DNA of 63,978 bases, filler included, from Octopus bimaculoides (GCF_001194135.2; 7 parts of 7 records of this genome joined end to end with filler, not necessarily neighbours in it); one strand, 5' to 3'; shown: positions 36,536-51,641, counted from the whole stretch's first letter. Made by a program: numbers and translations. Notes: generated from the sequence alone by a model not told the origin.

Positions 36536-37254
36536 ATACAGACACCCACACAACTCCCTTTTACGGATATACACCAGCCGAAAAAGGAAACTTTATGATA
36601 CGCTATCACCTGACCAGTTGGAAATAGCAGCCAAATCTTCCTCAATCATTGACAACCGTCCTAAAAATAAAATGCAATATGTATTAGATAAAGTAGTCCC
36701 ACAATGTGATTACTGGGTGGCTATGTGGTTAAGAGATTTGCTTCGCAACAGTGTTGTAGATCAGTGTTTGACTCCTCTGCGCAGCTTCTAGGGAAGATTC
36801 GTCTTCCACGGCCTTACATATATCAATATGAGTACATATCTATCTCGAATGGAAATGTAGCTGGAGGGTTTGTGTGCGCGTGCGTGTGTGAGTGATGTGT
36901 CTTTTTATTATATTTTCTCGCTGTTCCACTCTGACCCGTGCTCTATATCTGCGCACCCTTTCTCGAGCACTCGCAACCGTGTTTTTTTGTAAATCTTGAG
37001 TTTAGGCTAACCCGTATTCTTATAAACAAATATCATTTTTTTTCAAGCGAGCAGGTGACAAATAATTGCACTTGTCCGTGGGTGATGGTCACTATTAAAG
37101 AATTAGTTCAACAAAACAATTTTTTAAAATATCAACGTATCAACACCACCGCAATCTGCTTCGTCTCTCTCCTTCTTTTTAATCCCCCTCTCTCCCTCTG
37201 TCTCTTCTTCTCTCTGTCTTTATCTCTCTCTCTTCCTTTCTCTATCTCACTCAC

Positions 37255-37850
<596 letters not shown>

Positions 37851-38599
37851 AAATGACCCCAGTGCTTAACTGATATTTACTTTATTGACCCCTGAAAAAA
37901 TGAAAGGGAAAAGTCAACCTCGGCGGAATTTGAACTCAGAACGTAAAGACGGACGAAATACCGCTAAGCATTTTTTGTCCTGTATGCTAGCTCGCCGCCT
38001 TGGAAACTATATTAACAATAAACAGTGTTCTGCAGAGGTCACTGCACTTTTCTGGACCGGTCGCCTGACTGTCTGATTGACATGAAGTCACTCCCCAGCC
38101 TGTCCCACCCAACCTCTGACGTCCCAACAAGCTTCAGCTTATCTCAGCTATTCAAGACGAACGTTACCACTGCCTTTCTTAAAGACAATAGTTTCGTGTG
38201 AGATTTGGTTGCTATTTCCAACATGTTATTCTTATTTCTTTATTGCCCACAAGGGGCTAAACATAGAGGGAACAAANNNNNNNNNNNNNNNNNNNNNNNN
38301 NNNNNNNNNNNNNNNNNNNNTTAATTAATTAANNNNNNNNNNNNNNNNNNNNNNNNNNNNNNNNNNNNNNNNNNNNAAGAAGAAGAAGAAGAAGAAGAAG
38401 AAGAAGAAGAAGAAGAAGAAGAAGGAGAAGAAGAAGAAGAAGAAGAAGAAAAAGAAGAAGAAGAAGAAGAACAACAACAACAACAAAAACAACCACAGCA
38501 ACAATAACAGCAACAACAAGAATATATAAGTGGTTGAGCAACGAAAATCAAAATGATTAGATTTTCACACTTATAATTAAATAGTTATTCCATACAATA

Positions 38600-39091
38600 A
38601 TAAAAGAGCAAAAAATTGGTACGACAACAAACCTGAAGGCATCGTCGAAAATAGAAATGCAAAGATCCTATGGGGTTTTATGATTCACCGCGACCAGGAG
38701 ATAGAGAATGGGAAGCCGGACAGAGTCTTAATTGAGAAAGAAAACAAATTATGCTAGATCATAGATATAGCAAACCCAGTTGACAACAAGGTGTGCGATA
38801 AGGAAGAAAGAAATGTCGAGAGATATGACAGGTCAGCTTGGGAGGGATGGAAAAGGTAGCAGTAGTATCAATAATTGTCGGAGCCTTGGGAGCAGTGAGC
38901 AAAAATTTCCAATAGTACTTGGAACATATTGGGGCTACAATAAGGGTGGAGCGCTTGCAGAATACAGCACTGCTTGGAACTGCTCGAATACTCCGGAAGG
39001 TGCTAGTAAAATAAGAGGTGTTACCATAGTTCACTGGTATTGGATAGCTGACACCGTAGTATATCTCTAGCGTTAGAAGCTGTGCAGAGAC

Positions 39092-39165
<74 letters not shown>
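38600..39165 (+). mobile_element. 3' end of an R4/Dong-like element with (AAT)n tail
   Basis: PEGIVENRNAKILWGFMIHRDQEIENGKPDRVLI, IIDIANPVDNKV, SIIVGALGAV, ALLGTARILRKVL, then (AAT)n at ~39093-39165. Confidence 0.85.
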
Positions 39166-39166
<1 letters not shown>

Positions 39167-39213
39167 TTTTAAAAATAAAATATGGTCCGTTGTCTTCTGA
39201 ACCCGGGTCATAA

Positions 39214-39290
<77 letters not shown>

Positions 39291-39352
39291 CATCATCATC
39301 ATCATCATCATCGTCGTCATCGTCGTCGTCGTCGACGTTGTAGTCGTCGTCG

Positions 39353-39392
<40 letters not shown>

Positions 39393-40859
39393 GCGAACAG
39401 ACGAAGATGTTGCAATTCATGCAACAAAACACATATCCCTCTTTGAGCATCAACTACCCGTGCTCTCATTTGTCATGTAGTAGAGAGTTCTATTGAAAAG
39501 ATTGTTGGAAAGAAAACAACATATCCATAAGCAAGTTAATGAGATCAGAGAACAAACATCACGCAAATACTGTTTAAAGACAATTTTTTTTTAATAGGGC
39601 GGTTATTCATAGCAACTTTTTTAAAATGTTCACTAGTTAGGAAGGTTGCACGAATGCAATGATTACATTAAGCTCTGAGTTTCCGAAAATGCGACGATAT
39701 ATTTACAAACGTAAATTCAATGAATGAATTTATCAAAGTTCAGTTTGAGCCACAATTAGGAGCCTTTTGTATATATGACTTCTTGGATAACATCACTGTG
39801 GTGCAAGAAAATTAAATGCTGCATATCTTTAATATGCTATAGATTACCACAAGTAAAGTTAGGTTCCTTTTGTAGACTACAGCCTAAGCTTGTTAATAAA
39901 AATGAAAGAATAGGAAAGAGAGCAACTTGTTGAGGCAACTGAGATAGATTTTCTGAAACGGTTTAGCGTTTAATAATGTGTCCCATGAATGCAAAGGCAA
40001 CCAAAGGCTAACAAAAACAACTTTCATTCAAGATTCAGCAGCTGACAGAATCATCCATGGGGAGTTAACTCTTCATAGGAATGGCGATCAGCTAACAGAA
40101 TCACAGTAAAGCATGACAAACGTTGGAAGGTAATTGAACCTGATCAATTGTGAGAGAAGCAGCTTCGTCATTATATATATGGAATAATTAAAACCAACTT
40201 TTGAAGACTAAGTAAAGAATCGCTGGGTATCGTACATCTGTAGCGTGTTCATGCCAGTAAAACGAAAATCTTTCTGATTAAATGCGTGTCCTCTCATTGG
40301 ATGAACCAAACCATGGCGTTACTTTGTTCTGATTTTCTCATAGAGTTTTCTTCGTAGAGATATTTGGGTGGTTTGCCATTGATTTCCCCAGCTAGATGGC
40401 CATCGACCCCAAAGGAGCTCATCTCTCCTTCGACAGATAATAAAGCATAATATACAATGATCTTAAGGATTCTATCAACGTTGATAATAGCGTGGGTCTC
40501 ACTTTGTTTACTGAGTATGAATGACAACTTAAATATTTGAAATCAATATATAATATTCAATAAAGATTCCCCGCAAAATATACGCAAATGCATAATTAGA
40601 GATGCATATGCATGAGCATGCAGTTGCATGTGTTTATACATATATGTGTATGTTGTGTGTGCATATGTGTGTGTGTGTGTGTGTGTGTTTTGTGTGAGTC
40701 TGTGTGTGAGGGAGAGAGAGATTGCATGTGATTATTTTTTCCTATGGAGGAATGGACTGCGATACGATGTGTACTGTTAAGTATACATGACAAGATTCAC
40801 TTCTTGTATCAGCAAAACCAGCAGCAGCAGCAGCAGGTGTGACAGGACGGATGGTGGAT

Positions 40860-40901
<42 letters not shown>

Positions 40902-41585
40902 AGAGGAGGAGGAGGAGAAGTAGCGGCAACGTCATCTTTATCATCAAGGCAAGAACACATTAAACGAAAGTATGAGCACTTGAGTAAAAGTCATTACGCA
41001 TTTGTAAACGAAAGCTAAGAAGCCATCTTTGTCATTAGTTCGTTTATATGCGAAATTCCATTATTCTGTTCTATTATTTCGGGCGATACGTTATCTAGAA
41101 TATTAATGGAATTCATTCATTTATTTTAGATAACAATATTAATGAAATCCCAGCTCTCCCATGGGGGAAAGGGAGAGCAAGCATAAGACAGAGAGAGAGA
41201 GAGAGAGAGAGCAAGAGAAAGAGAGAGAGAAAGAGAAAGCAAGAGGGAGAGATAGTGTGAATGAGAGGGATAAGATTGTAATAGAGTAATAACTGTGATG
41301 GTGAAAGCTGATCTATTTTCTTCATCGTTCTCTGTTATCCGTTTTCCTTATTTCGGATTTTGTGATCTACAAGGAGGATAGACGTTGAATTATGGGATTG
41401 ATTGTGAAGATAGCCATGTAATGATACCACGTCTATTCTTTTTATATGTATGAGCAAATATCTATGTATTATATGTATTACATGTATTACATGTGTATGT
41501 GTGTGTGTATATATGTGTGTATATATATGCTTATATGCATATACATAGACATATGCATGTCATATATACACACGCACAAACATAC

Positions 41586-41639
<54 letters not shown>

Positions 41640-41675
41640 NNNNNNNNNNNNNNNNNNNNNNNNNNNNNNNNNNNN

Positions 41676-41730
<55 letters not shown>

Positions 41731-41796
41731 ATATGATACATATATATGTATATGTACATAGATAGATTAGATAGACAGAGAGATATATAGATAGAG

Positions 41797-41833
<37 letters not shown>

Positions 41834-41843
41834 NNNNNNNNNN

Positions 41844-41880
<37 letters not shown>

Positions 41881-43706
41881 TTATATCCACACGTATTGAA
41901 TAGAGATTATTACGACAGATTACTGAAGTTCAAATTTTGTTGCAAAATGTTCTCCAAAACCAATCCCATCTATCATAATTAAGCGCGAGCAGTGTCGAAT
42001 GGATATGGTTCCAGAATCATCCATGGGGTATAGAAAATACGACGTTAATCCTACAGCTTCTCTTCAATATTTTGAAACTGATTTCTATAATCTCTTAGCT
42101 GATACGACGCATGTCTATTACAAATTATATTCCTGGATGTTAGACAACATGCTTCTTTCATTTCCTTTCACATACAAAACCATGAGTGGAGGAATTTCAA
42201 CCATGTTTCGTGGTCTGCTACCACAACAGCTCCTTCATAGGATCCAGTTAGCTCAAGACATCATCAGGAGGAACCACGTCCGGTTTCGGCCCCTACTCCT
42301 TTACCGTTTTGACGTGGCGGGGCCCCTCCTTTCGGAGGTGTCTTCAGCTCTGGTGTCGGGTGCATGTCTTCTTTCACTGTTTGTAACTGTTCTAATTCAA
42401 CTGTGGAATGTCCCTCGCTATGGTTATTTTCCAAGAGGTTCTGGCCACACGTCTTACGGTTCATCAATTCATTAATTCAATGGATATCAAAGTGAAAAGT
42501 GTCATATGCAATAAAAACAATAAATGATGAAAAAAAAAAAATATGTTTTTGACACTAATTTCATTCTATATTCAAACGGGGAAGATCACTAACTAGATTA
42601 GTTTGAAAATATAAGCGAAGTTTAGAGGGATCACTTTCTCTGAAGACAAGACTATGATCTCGGAATAGACTTGCATAAAGATAGATGTTTAGTGGCCTGT
42701 TTACTCAGTGGAGTGTCGCGATATACACTCGTCCGTTTAATATAGTTAAGCATTATCCATAAAACTGTTGCTATTTCTTTGTCAGTCCAGTTTCACATAC
42801 GATGTGTGGTGCGCATTATACATGTGTATGTGTGGTATGCATTATATATGTGCATGTGTGTGTGTATTTTTTATGTATACATATATGTATGTATGTGCGT
42901 GTATACGTACGTTTATGCGCCCGTGTGTGTTTAGTTAAATGGTGCTCATTTTATATATATATATATATATGCTGAAGATATTTCAGATGGTATCCATTTA
43001 ATCGCTACGATGGTTTAAATGTTTAATCGGAGAAGTGGAACGCAGATGTAAATTTCAAGAGATTTCAGTTGCTTATAATGAAATCAACACACACACACAC
43101 ATACACATGCACACAAGCACACGCACACACACACACACGCACATACATGCACACACACGCGCACACACATATATAATGAATAGTTGTTTAACATATCTAA
43201 AGGTTGGGGTGGATTGTTATGCATTCACGAAATCATTATATTAGTCTCACAAATATATATTCCATCGTAATTGTCTCCCTTCTTACGATTTAAATAACAT
43301 CGATCTTTAGAACTATATCATTAGTGTCCACGATAATTCTTTGCTCCCTTCGGTTTACTTAATAATATGTCTCCTAGTGTCTAACTTAGCAGCGTATACA
43401 TCCACTGATAATTAAAGACTTTTCGCGAATGCCAATCTCAGACTGGTGCTTGTTAAACCTTTGTATATAAATCAATAAAGTAGGCTCAATACTTCGAATC
43501 TGGAAGATGTCTATATTTAATTAGATCCACTTAGTATGCAACATATGCTTAAATGGTCACCCATTCTTAACCAATAATTTACATAATTGGTTATTACATC
43601 AAGATAGCGATTTGGCAAAATCTTTAGAACTTTGAATAAACTGTCATTCCGTTTTCATTTCGATCCTCAGTAGACTGAGTTCAGTTCGCATTATCTTCAT
43701 TTTTAC

Positions 43707-43827
43707 CTGTAATCCTGTGGAGCGTCGTAAATAAAGTACCACACGAGAGCAGTGGCTTGTAGTTTTTAGCGCAACGGTCGAAGTTCCTTGTTGAATCCAT
43801 TCTAAATTTTTGTTCTGTGTTAAAATT
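43707..43827 (-). CDS. Candidate internal exon (121 bp) of an unidentified gene
   Basis: tttccatgcag| acceptor and CAG|gtaaaa donor; two frames are open, one reading NFNTEQKFRMDSTRNFDRCAKNYKPLLSCGTLFTTLHRIT. No homology recognised. Confidence 0.25.
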
Positions 43828-44267
43828 CTGCATGGAAATATATTTTCGTTGCTGGTCAGACTTAACAAAACTTCCCCGAGGCTACAAATGACTGTAAAAT
43901 CTACATTGTTTGCATATGGAGATTAGGCGTTTTCCAATACAGTAAAATGACAATAATTTCACAATAAATAATACTATTCATTATTCTTTCTCTCATTATC
44001 TGATATATATTATATTTCTATGTACCTATGAGTATTAATCGTTATTATTGCCATCAATATTTGAAATAAATATTATTATATATAATATATATATATATGA
44101 ACATAATTCCATATGTCCCTACATTGTGACTGAGAAGTTGAATGTAATTTGTTCAACAACCAATTATTGCCACCACTAATATCCAATTATGTGCTAAAAA
44201 GTAAAATGTCGATAAACGAAGAAAATTAATTCATTACTATCTTTATTATTATTATTATTATTATTGC

Positions 44268-44333
<66 letters not shown>

Positions 44334-44591
44334 TTTTTTATTATTATTATTGCTATTATTATTATTTTCTTTTGGTTGAAAATTAATATTTTAAGGAACT
44401 TCCTGTTTGTAGAAAATTCTGATTTCCCTGCGCTTACACCCAAGCAATTAGTGCTATAGTCTATATACACTAAGAAATGTAAACAAAAATGGTTTTATTA
44501 ATTATTATTGATTACTTTTATATATACATATACATGCTTACATCGATCCGTCTATATATACATGCATACATGTACCAACGTATATACTCAG

Positions 44592-44643
<52 letters not shown>

Positions 44644-45159
44644 NNNNNNNNNNNNNNNNNNNNNNNNNNNNNNNNNNNNNNNNNNNNNNNNNNNNNNNNN
44701 NNTATATATATGTATATGTATGTACGTATGTATATGTAAAGTGAGTACATACGTTGGTTCTCTGTTTGCCTGTCTGTCTCTCACTCTCTCTCACTCAAAC
44801 ACACGCACAGAAGCATACACACATATGTGTGTATATGTGTGTGTCCGTTTATGTATTTCCTTTTTAAAATCAAATAGGCACTTGCTATTTTTTTAGCCCC
44901 ATATCACTGTAATACGGAAAATGTTTAAACCAGCTTTATAGCCAGCAGCGAGCAAATACATTCCTTTCTAAAGACAGTGTCTCCGGGGTTGCATTACCCG
45001 GTATGATCAGGTTTCTGTTCAGATTATAAAGATAGATACGTCATCATAAGATATCAAATTTGAGGCATATATCGTACACTATCATATATATATGTTCTCT
45101 CTCTTTCTCTCTCTTTCCCTCTGTATACACGCACACATACACACACATATATACATACA

Positions 45160-45216
<57 letters not shown>

Positions 45217-45559
45217 ATATATATATATACATATATAATTAAGAGAAGAAAATGGAGAGTTAATGTTTAATAGTTATTTATTAATAAATTGATAATCATT
45301 CGTTCCAACATTTGTTTCTGTTTGTAAACATTCAATAAATTACAAATCTATGCAATAAATTTGCATTTATAATTTATCTCCAAAATATCCCCAGGGAAAT
45401 ATCAGGCATTAAAAATTACATATTCACTAATGTCTTCTTTCCAGCAAATTCTTAATCTGTTGACTAATCTATTCTTTCCAGCAGACTCTCAGAAGAACAG
45501 TTTGGTCAACATGTAATTTTTTAAGAAATATTTCCATGATGATATTTCGCACATAATTT

Positions 45560-46637
45560 ATAAAAGCAGATAGATTGCAAGAAGCCGTTTCGCACATTTT
45601 GACCTTGAACTCTGGTGTTCATGCAAACTATGCTTTAACGTTCTAATTTACTTCCGCTATTCCCACCAATGCTTGGAAGTAACGTGTGTAGTGTGTGATC
45701 GTTACATTGAATATGACAGGATATTTGAGTATTTAAGGCGGTGAGCTGGCAGAAACGTTACCACACCGGGCGAAATGCTTAGCGGTATTTCGTCTGTCTT
45801 TACGTACTGAGTTCAACTTCCGCCGAGGTCGACTTTGCCTTTCATCCTTTCGGGGTCGATTAAATAAGTACCAGTTACGCACTGGGGTAGATATAATCGA
45901 CTTAATCCGTTAGTCTGTCCTTGTTTGTCCCCTCTAAGTTTAGCCCCTTGTGGGCAGTAAAGAAATAGGATATTTGAGTAGAGAATCTCCATCTAATTTT
46001 TCCAAACGCTTGGCGATACCTACTCAGAGGCCTACATAAAGGTTTGAAAAATATTTCATCGTTCTCGACACGATCAAGGGGATCTTGTGCAACTGAAAAC
46101 CCGAGTTTCTTTTGGTAAGCTGAAAGCAGTTTTGGCACAACCTTAGTAGAGACGGGTCTGATACCCAAATCATCTGTGATAATAGACTGAACTGAACCGT
46201 AACTAATCTACACATCCCCTGATAACTCACGGATGGTGATTCGACAATTTTGCTTCACAGCTGCACGCAAGATCTGCAATGTGTTTCTCAGTTTTGCTGG
46301 TTGCAGGTCACCTTGAACGTTCGTGAAAATCGACAATTTTTTCGACCATCTTGAAAACGGCTGAACCACTCGTACACTTGGATGCGGCTCAGAAAGTCCT
46401 CTCCATAAACGTCCTGCAGCAACCTGCAAATTTAGGTAAGCCTCTCAGCAGGTATCGCCATTACAACTTTCTCTGTCATGGTATTGCGACCATCTCATGC
46501 TACACACCTTCCTTCCAAGCACTGCTGTAAACAGAAGTGAGATAGAACGTTAAATCTTAATGCGCATGTACAGCAGAGTCAATCGTTGCCAAGCGGCTTT
46601 TCTCTGCGGGCTTTAGCTTCGTTACTATGGTAACAAT
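45560..46637. mobile_element. Second copy of the symmetric mariner derivative, interrupted by a SINE
   Basis: Same left-arm/inversion junction as 22807 (gatacctactcagagg..aaaaatatttcatcgttctcgacac) and the same right-arm deletion; the termini are eroded. Confidence 0.8.
45732..45966 (+). mobile_element. Full-length family B SINE with a 14-bp TSD
   Basis: AGGATATTTGAGTA at 45718-45731 and 45967-45980; head gcggtgagctggcagaa, B-box-like gagttcaacttcc. Confidence 0.92.
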
Positions 46638-46665
46638 CGAAACCGATTCTGCTAACTCACTGTCT

Positions 46666-46732
<67 letters not shown>

Positions 46733-46734
<2 letters not shown>

Positions 46735-46912
46735 CATACAGAAAATTGCACTACTGGGTACTGCACACATTTTACGCAAAACACTTTCAATACAGTAAAC
46801 ATAAGAGCACCACAGCAAACCACAGCACATACCCAAGGCGCACAGAGCTGCGCACGGTAGTGAAGTGAAAGCACGTTATAAAAATAAAACTACTGAACAA
46901 TAATAATAATAA
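46733..46912 (+). mobile_element. Extreme 3' end of an R4/Dong-like element embedded in (AAT)n
   Basis: IQKIALLGTAHILRKTLSIQ* plus a 3' UTR like 1655-1818; (AAT)n at ~46668-46732 and ~46897-46912. Confidence 0.88.
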
Positions 46913-47508
46913 TAGCATGTTATTCGAACCCGTTCAGAATNNNNNNNNNNNNNNNNNNNNNNNNNNNNNNNNNNNNNNNNNNNNNNNNNNNNNNNNNNNN
47001 NNNNNNNNNNNNNNNNNNNNNNNNNNNNNNNNNNNNNNNNNNNNNNNNNNNNNNNNNNNNNNNNNNNNNNNNNNNNNNNNNNNNNNNNNNNNNNNNNNNN
47101 NNNNNNNNNNNNNNNNNNNNNNNNNNNNNNNNNNNNNNNNNNNNNNNNNNNNNNNNNNNNNNNNNNNNNNNNNNNNNNNNNNNNNNNNNNNNNNNNNNNN
47201 NNNNNNNNNNNNNNNNNNNNNNNNNNNNNNNNNNNNNNNNNNNNNNNNNNNNNNNNNNNNNNNNNNNNNNNNNNNNNNNNNNNNNNNNNNNNNNNNNNNN
47301 NNNNNNNNNNNNNNNNNNNNNNNNNNNNNNNNNNNNNNNNNNNNNNNNNNNNNNNNNNNNNNNNNNNNNNNNNNNNNNNNNNNNNNNNNNNNNNNNNNNN
47401 NNNNNNNNNNNNNNNNNNNNNNNNNNNNNNNNNNNNNNNNNNNNNNNNNNNNNNNNNNNNNNNNNNNNNNNNNNNNNNNNNNNNNNNNNNNNNNNNNNNN
47501 NNNNNNNN

Positions 47509-47540
<32 letters not shown>

Positions 47541-47542
47541 AG

Positions 47543-47573
<31 letters not shown>

Positions 47574-48638
47574 GTGTGTGTGTGTGTGTGTGTATAGCCA
47601 CTTCTGGGCGTATATATAAACTTATTTTCTTCGTGATATGAATTAACCGATAATCAATGTGTTCATTTTCTATATTTGTTATTTTTCCACGACCCAAATC
47701 ACTTACTTCTAAATATTCTACATATATCTCTCTCCAATTACCTTCCTCGGATATTGACAAAAAAATTATCTTCGTCCGTAAAAACGTCGGAATGTCGAAA
47801 AACGAATCATGTGAGAATGAATGCACATCGATAAAGATAAGTCATAATAAAATGGTGAATTCCAGGTTTTGGCAAAATCATATTTAAACTTCCGAAATTA
47901 TGTTATAGCTGGACGTCATAGGATATAACGGAATGATGATAAAACCTGAGTCTAGTTGGATAGATAACCTAAGTCTACATGTTTTGTTACACATCGTTGT
48001 CAGCAAGAAAAAAAAAACATAGTCGTCTGCTATTTCCGTGTTTTGGTGTTCGTTTTCTTTTTTCCAGCGTTTATCCTCTCTCCAGCACATTATCACATTC
48101 TTAAAGGTATAGTTTCTGTTCTCTTTCCTACTGCCAACCACCCTTATGGAAAAACATAATTATTTTTATTGTCTGATGTAATTCACATTGTCTATAACGA
48201 AAGGATTGCGAGTAGAAAAAAAATCAATTATTTTTTTCATCCTTTTAATCGAAATATGGTAAAGTCCGAAACTATGTGTAGAAAAATTCGTCCAAAACAT
48301 GGGTTTAGAAAGGACTGTATAATTTAGAATAAATATAATTGTAGCCCACAAGGACAGCCTCTAGTTTCGTCTGATTAAACATACACACGCACACACACAC
48401 ACACACACACACGCATACACACGCACACATACACGCACGCATGCACACATACAAGCAGACACAACCATGCACAAACACGTACACACACACTCATCTCTCT
48501 CCCTATATATATATAGACATATATATGTGTGTGTCTGTGTGTTTGCGTGTGGTGTGAGAGGGGACAATCGAACGAAAGACACTCAAAATATTTATTGGGT
48601 GTAACATGTAGAGATTGAAATAATTTGAATGAAAATCG

Positions 48639-48734
48639 TTGGTACTCCGAGTTTCAAGCCTGATGTTAGTCTTCAGTCATTTTGAATTCGAAATGAGTGA
48701 AGACTAGCATGAAGCTGGAAACTCGGAATACCAA
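48639..48734. repeat. 96-nt near-perfect palindrome (38/44 Watson-Crick stem)
   Basis: ttggtactccgagtttcaagcctgatgttagtcttcagtcattt-tgaattcg-aaatgagtgaagactagcatgaagctggaaactcggaataccaa. Confidence 0.92.
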
Positions 48735-50054
48735 GAAATTTGAATCAAACTGTTCTGATCCATGCATACATGCATAAACATATACACACACACGTGACAA
48801 CTAATAAAGGGTCGTTCTTTGTGTTACTTATCCTGTTTTCCATTATCTTCTCTCGTTTGCGTATTGAACTCATTTGTTTTCGTATACCATTGCGTTTACT
48901 TTTTTTTTATTTTACTTTACTTTATTTTTATTTTTTATTCACATATTTATAACATGTTTAAATAATTATCAAATAAAATTTTTATATATATTTTTCTATA
49001 CTGTAAATTTGTTTTTTTTTTTATAATATAATAATGTATGTTTATACCTGCATACCTTTATACCTGCCACTATAATATTTAGGCATATCTATAAAAGTTA
49101 TTTATGTACATATGTGTACATGGGTACCGATGTTCAGGGTATAAGAGTGTCTCTTTCATACTGTCGCCTATATGGTGCATATATTCATTATCGTGTGGTT
49201 CGGTGTATGATTACATTTTTGTCCATAATTGTCAGCGTATACATTGTATATGTTTATATACGAAAGTATATGCATATAATTGTTGTTTTACTTGTACGNN
49301 NNNNNNNNNNNNNNNNNNNNNNNNNNNNNNNNNNNNNNNNNNNNNNNNNNNNNNNNNNNNNNNNNNNNNNNNNNNNNNNNNNNNNNNNNNNNNNNNNNNN
49401 NNNNNNNNNNNNNNNNNNNNNNNNNNNNNNNNNNNNNNNNNNNNNNNNNNNNNNNNNNNNNNNNNNNNNNNNNNNNNNNTATACATTGTATATGTTTATA
49501 TACGAAAGTATATGCATATAATTGTTGTTTTACTTGTACGAAAATCGTGGTATTTTATATATGCATATTTAGTTCTACCAGTATCTACACGCAAAAATCT
49601 CTATATGTACAACACTATATGACAGAAGGTAAAACAAAGATTTTCTCGATTAAGCATTTCCATATACATATAATGACAATAATTTTAATTATTTAAATTT
49701 TTCCAGATATTAACCAAACCATTCCTGCACATTTATTTATTATCTCCCCTACACTAGTCAAATTTTGATAATATTTACTTTCCTTAAAATTATTCCCTTA
49801 TATTTTCGAAATATTATTTCTAAATACCACTCCATAGATGTTTTATAGTTTTAGCAGCAAATATCGTAAATAAGATACCCAGCAATCGTCATATATTCAT
49901 TTATTACCTTTATAATGCTTATACATTTTTATATTGTCGTATTAACCGCTTATTAGTATCTAATTTTTACCGCTTTAATTATTTTCTGTAAATTATCTCC
50001 TTCTATATTTCTGACATATTATTTACTCAAACGTTCTGCTATAAACTTCATATA

Positions 50055-50282
50055 CCTATTTCGTTATTGCCCACAAGGAGCTAAACATAGAGGGAACAAA
50101 CAAGAACAGACGAACGGATTAAGTCGATTACATCGACCCCAGTGCGTAACTGGCACTTAATTTATCGACCCCGAAAGGATGAAAGGCAAAGTCGACCTCG
50201 GCGGAATTTGAACTCAGAACGTAACGGCAGACGAAATACCGCTAAGCATTTCGCCCGGCGTGTTAACGATTCTGACAGCTCT
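50055..50282 (-). mobile_element. Family B SINE
   Basis: Near-complete reverse complement of 45732-45966. Confidence 0.9.
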
Positions 50283-51509
50283 TATATATTTTTTCAAATT
50301 TTTAAAAAATGGCCGCAATGATTATTAACGGTGAAATAAAAATTTCAATCTCCCATGTTTAAAATTTCCATACTCCCTTATTTGAATGTTCAACCCCACT
50401 TACGTTTTACTTGTTATATAGAGTTTAAAACTGGCTCATTTGCACTAATCTATAGAGAGAAAGTTTCCTATATTCCTATGTTTATATATATCATCAGTTA
50501 ACTGTTACGCGTTAGTCATGTTTTAAATAGACACGACTTCTAGAAAAATTACACATTAAACATTAGTAAGAACACAATACTATGTAATTCTATAGTCCAC
50601 CTTTCTCTATATTAAGCTTATTTTTCTTATTGAGCTACTTATACTACTCAGATTCATAAATGAATGTATTGTCTTTCTGTATGAAACGATCGTCAAGCGA
50701 ATTGAATTAACATGTTATCCCATGTTAACATCTAATCACCTCCAGTTATGAAAAATATGATTGAATTTGTCGAACTTCGTTCTATAACTTAAATCGTATA
50801 ATTACAATATTTATGCCTATTACGATCAGGCGGCAAAGACAAGTTCCTATACTTGAAAGACCTANNNNNNNNNNNNNNNNNNNNNNNNNNNNNNNNNNNN
50901 NNNNNNNNNNNNNNNNNNNNNNNNNNNNNNNNNNNNNNNNNNNNNNNNNNNNNNNNNNNNNNNNATATATATACATATATGTACATATATATATACGTAT
51001 GTATGTATGTATTTCCGCATGTATATGTGTATATCAGTTATACATATATACTACGCTAACATTTATATACATGTATAGGGAGGGCTCGTATGTATATGCA
51101 CGTAACTATCCAGTGTATTTATATGTAAATACAAATTACTTTCTTCCTGCAAAAGTTATTTCAATATAATCTGCCGTCACGCTATCTGAACCCAACATAG
51201 GACAGGGCTGCAGGGAAACAACAACTTGTGTTCACTTCGCCATTCTTTCTTCATTGAGAAACAAAAAAACATCCATTATATTCAGCAATCTCTGTAAAGG
51301 TTTGGTTATTTGAAACTCTTTTGTTCCATAATAATTAATCTTTATTGTGTAGAAATGTCTTCAGCAGAAGCCTGTTATTTGCGATTACCACACATTTTCG
51401 GAGACAAACATACACACACACACACAAAAGCATGCGTGCGCACACACAGAGACATACACACAAACACACAATAGCATGCATATCTGCGTGTATATGTATA
51501 CAAATATTC

Positions 51510-51540
<31 letters not shown>

Positions 51541-51602
51541 AATGCATATACATAGATATGTATGTATGAAAACAAACATACATTCTAATATATATATATA
51601 TA

Positions 51603-51641
<39 letters not shown>

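Noticed and set aside
35971-36645. 224-aa Asp-rich ORF resembling acidic shell-matrix proteins
   Set aside because: It is generated by the (GAT)n mosaic, starts at a non-ATG codon, includes a MITE, and has no credible signal peptide.
40294-40527. 77-aa ORF and an LSLDEP Walker-B-like string in unique sequence
   Set aside because: Isolated short match with stops nearby and no supporting motifs.
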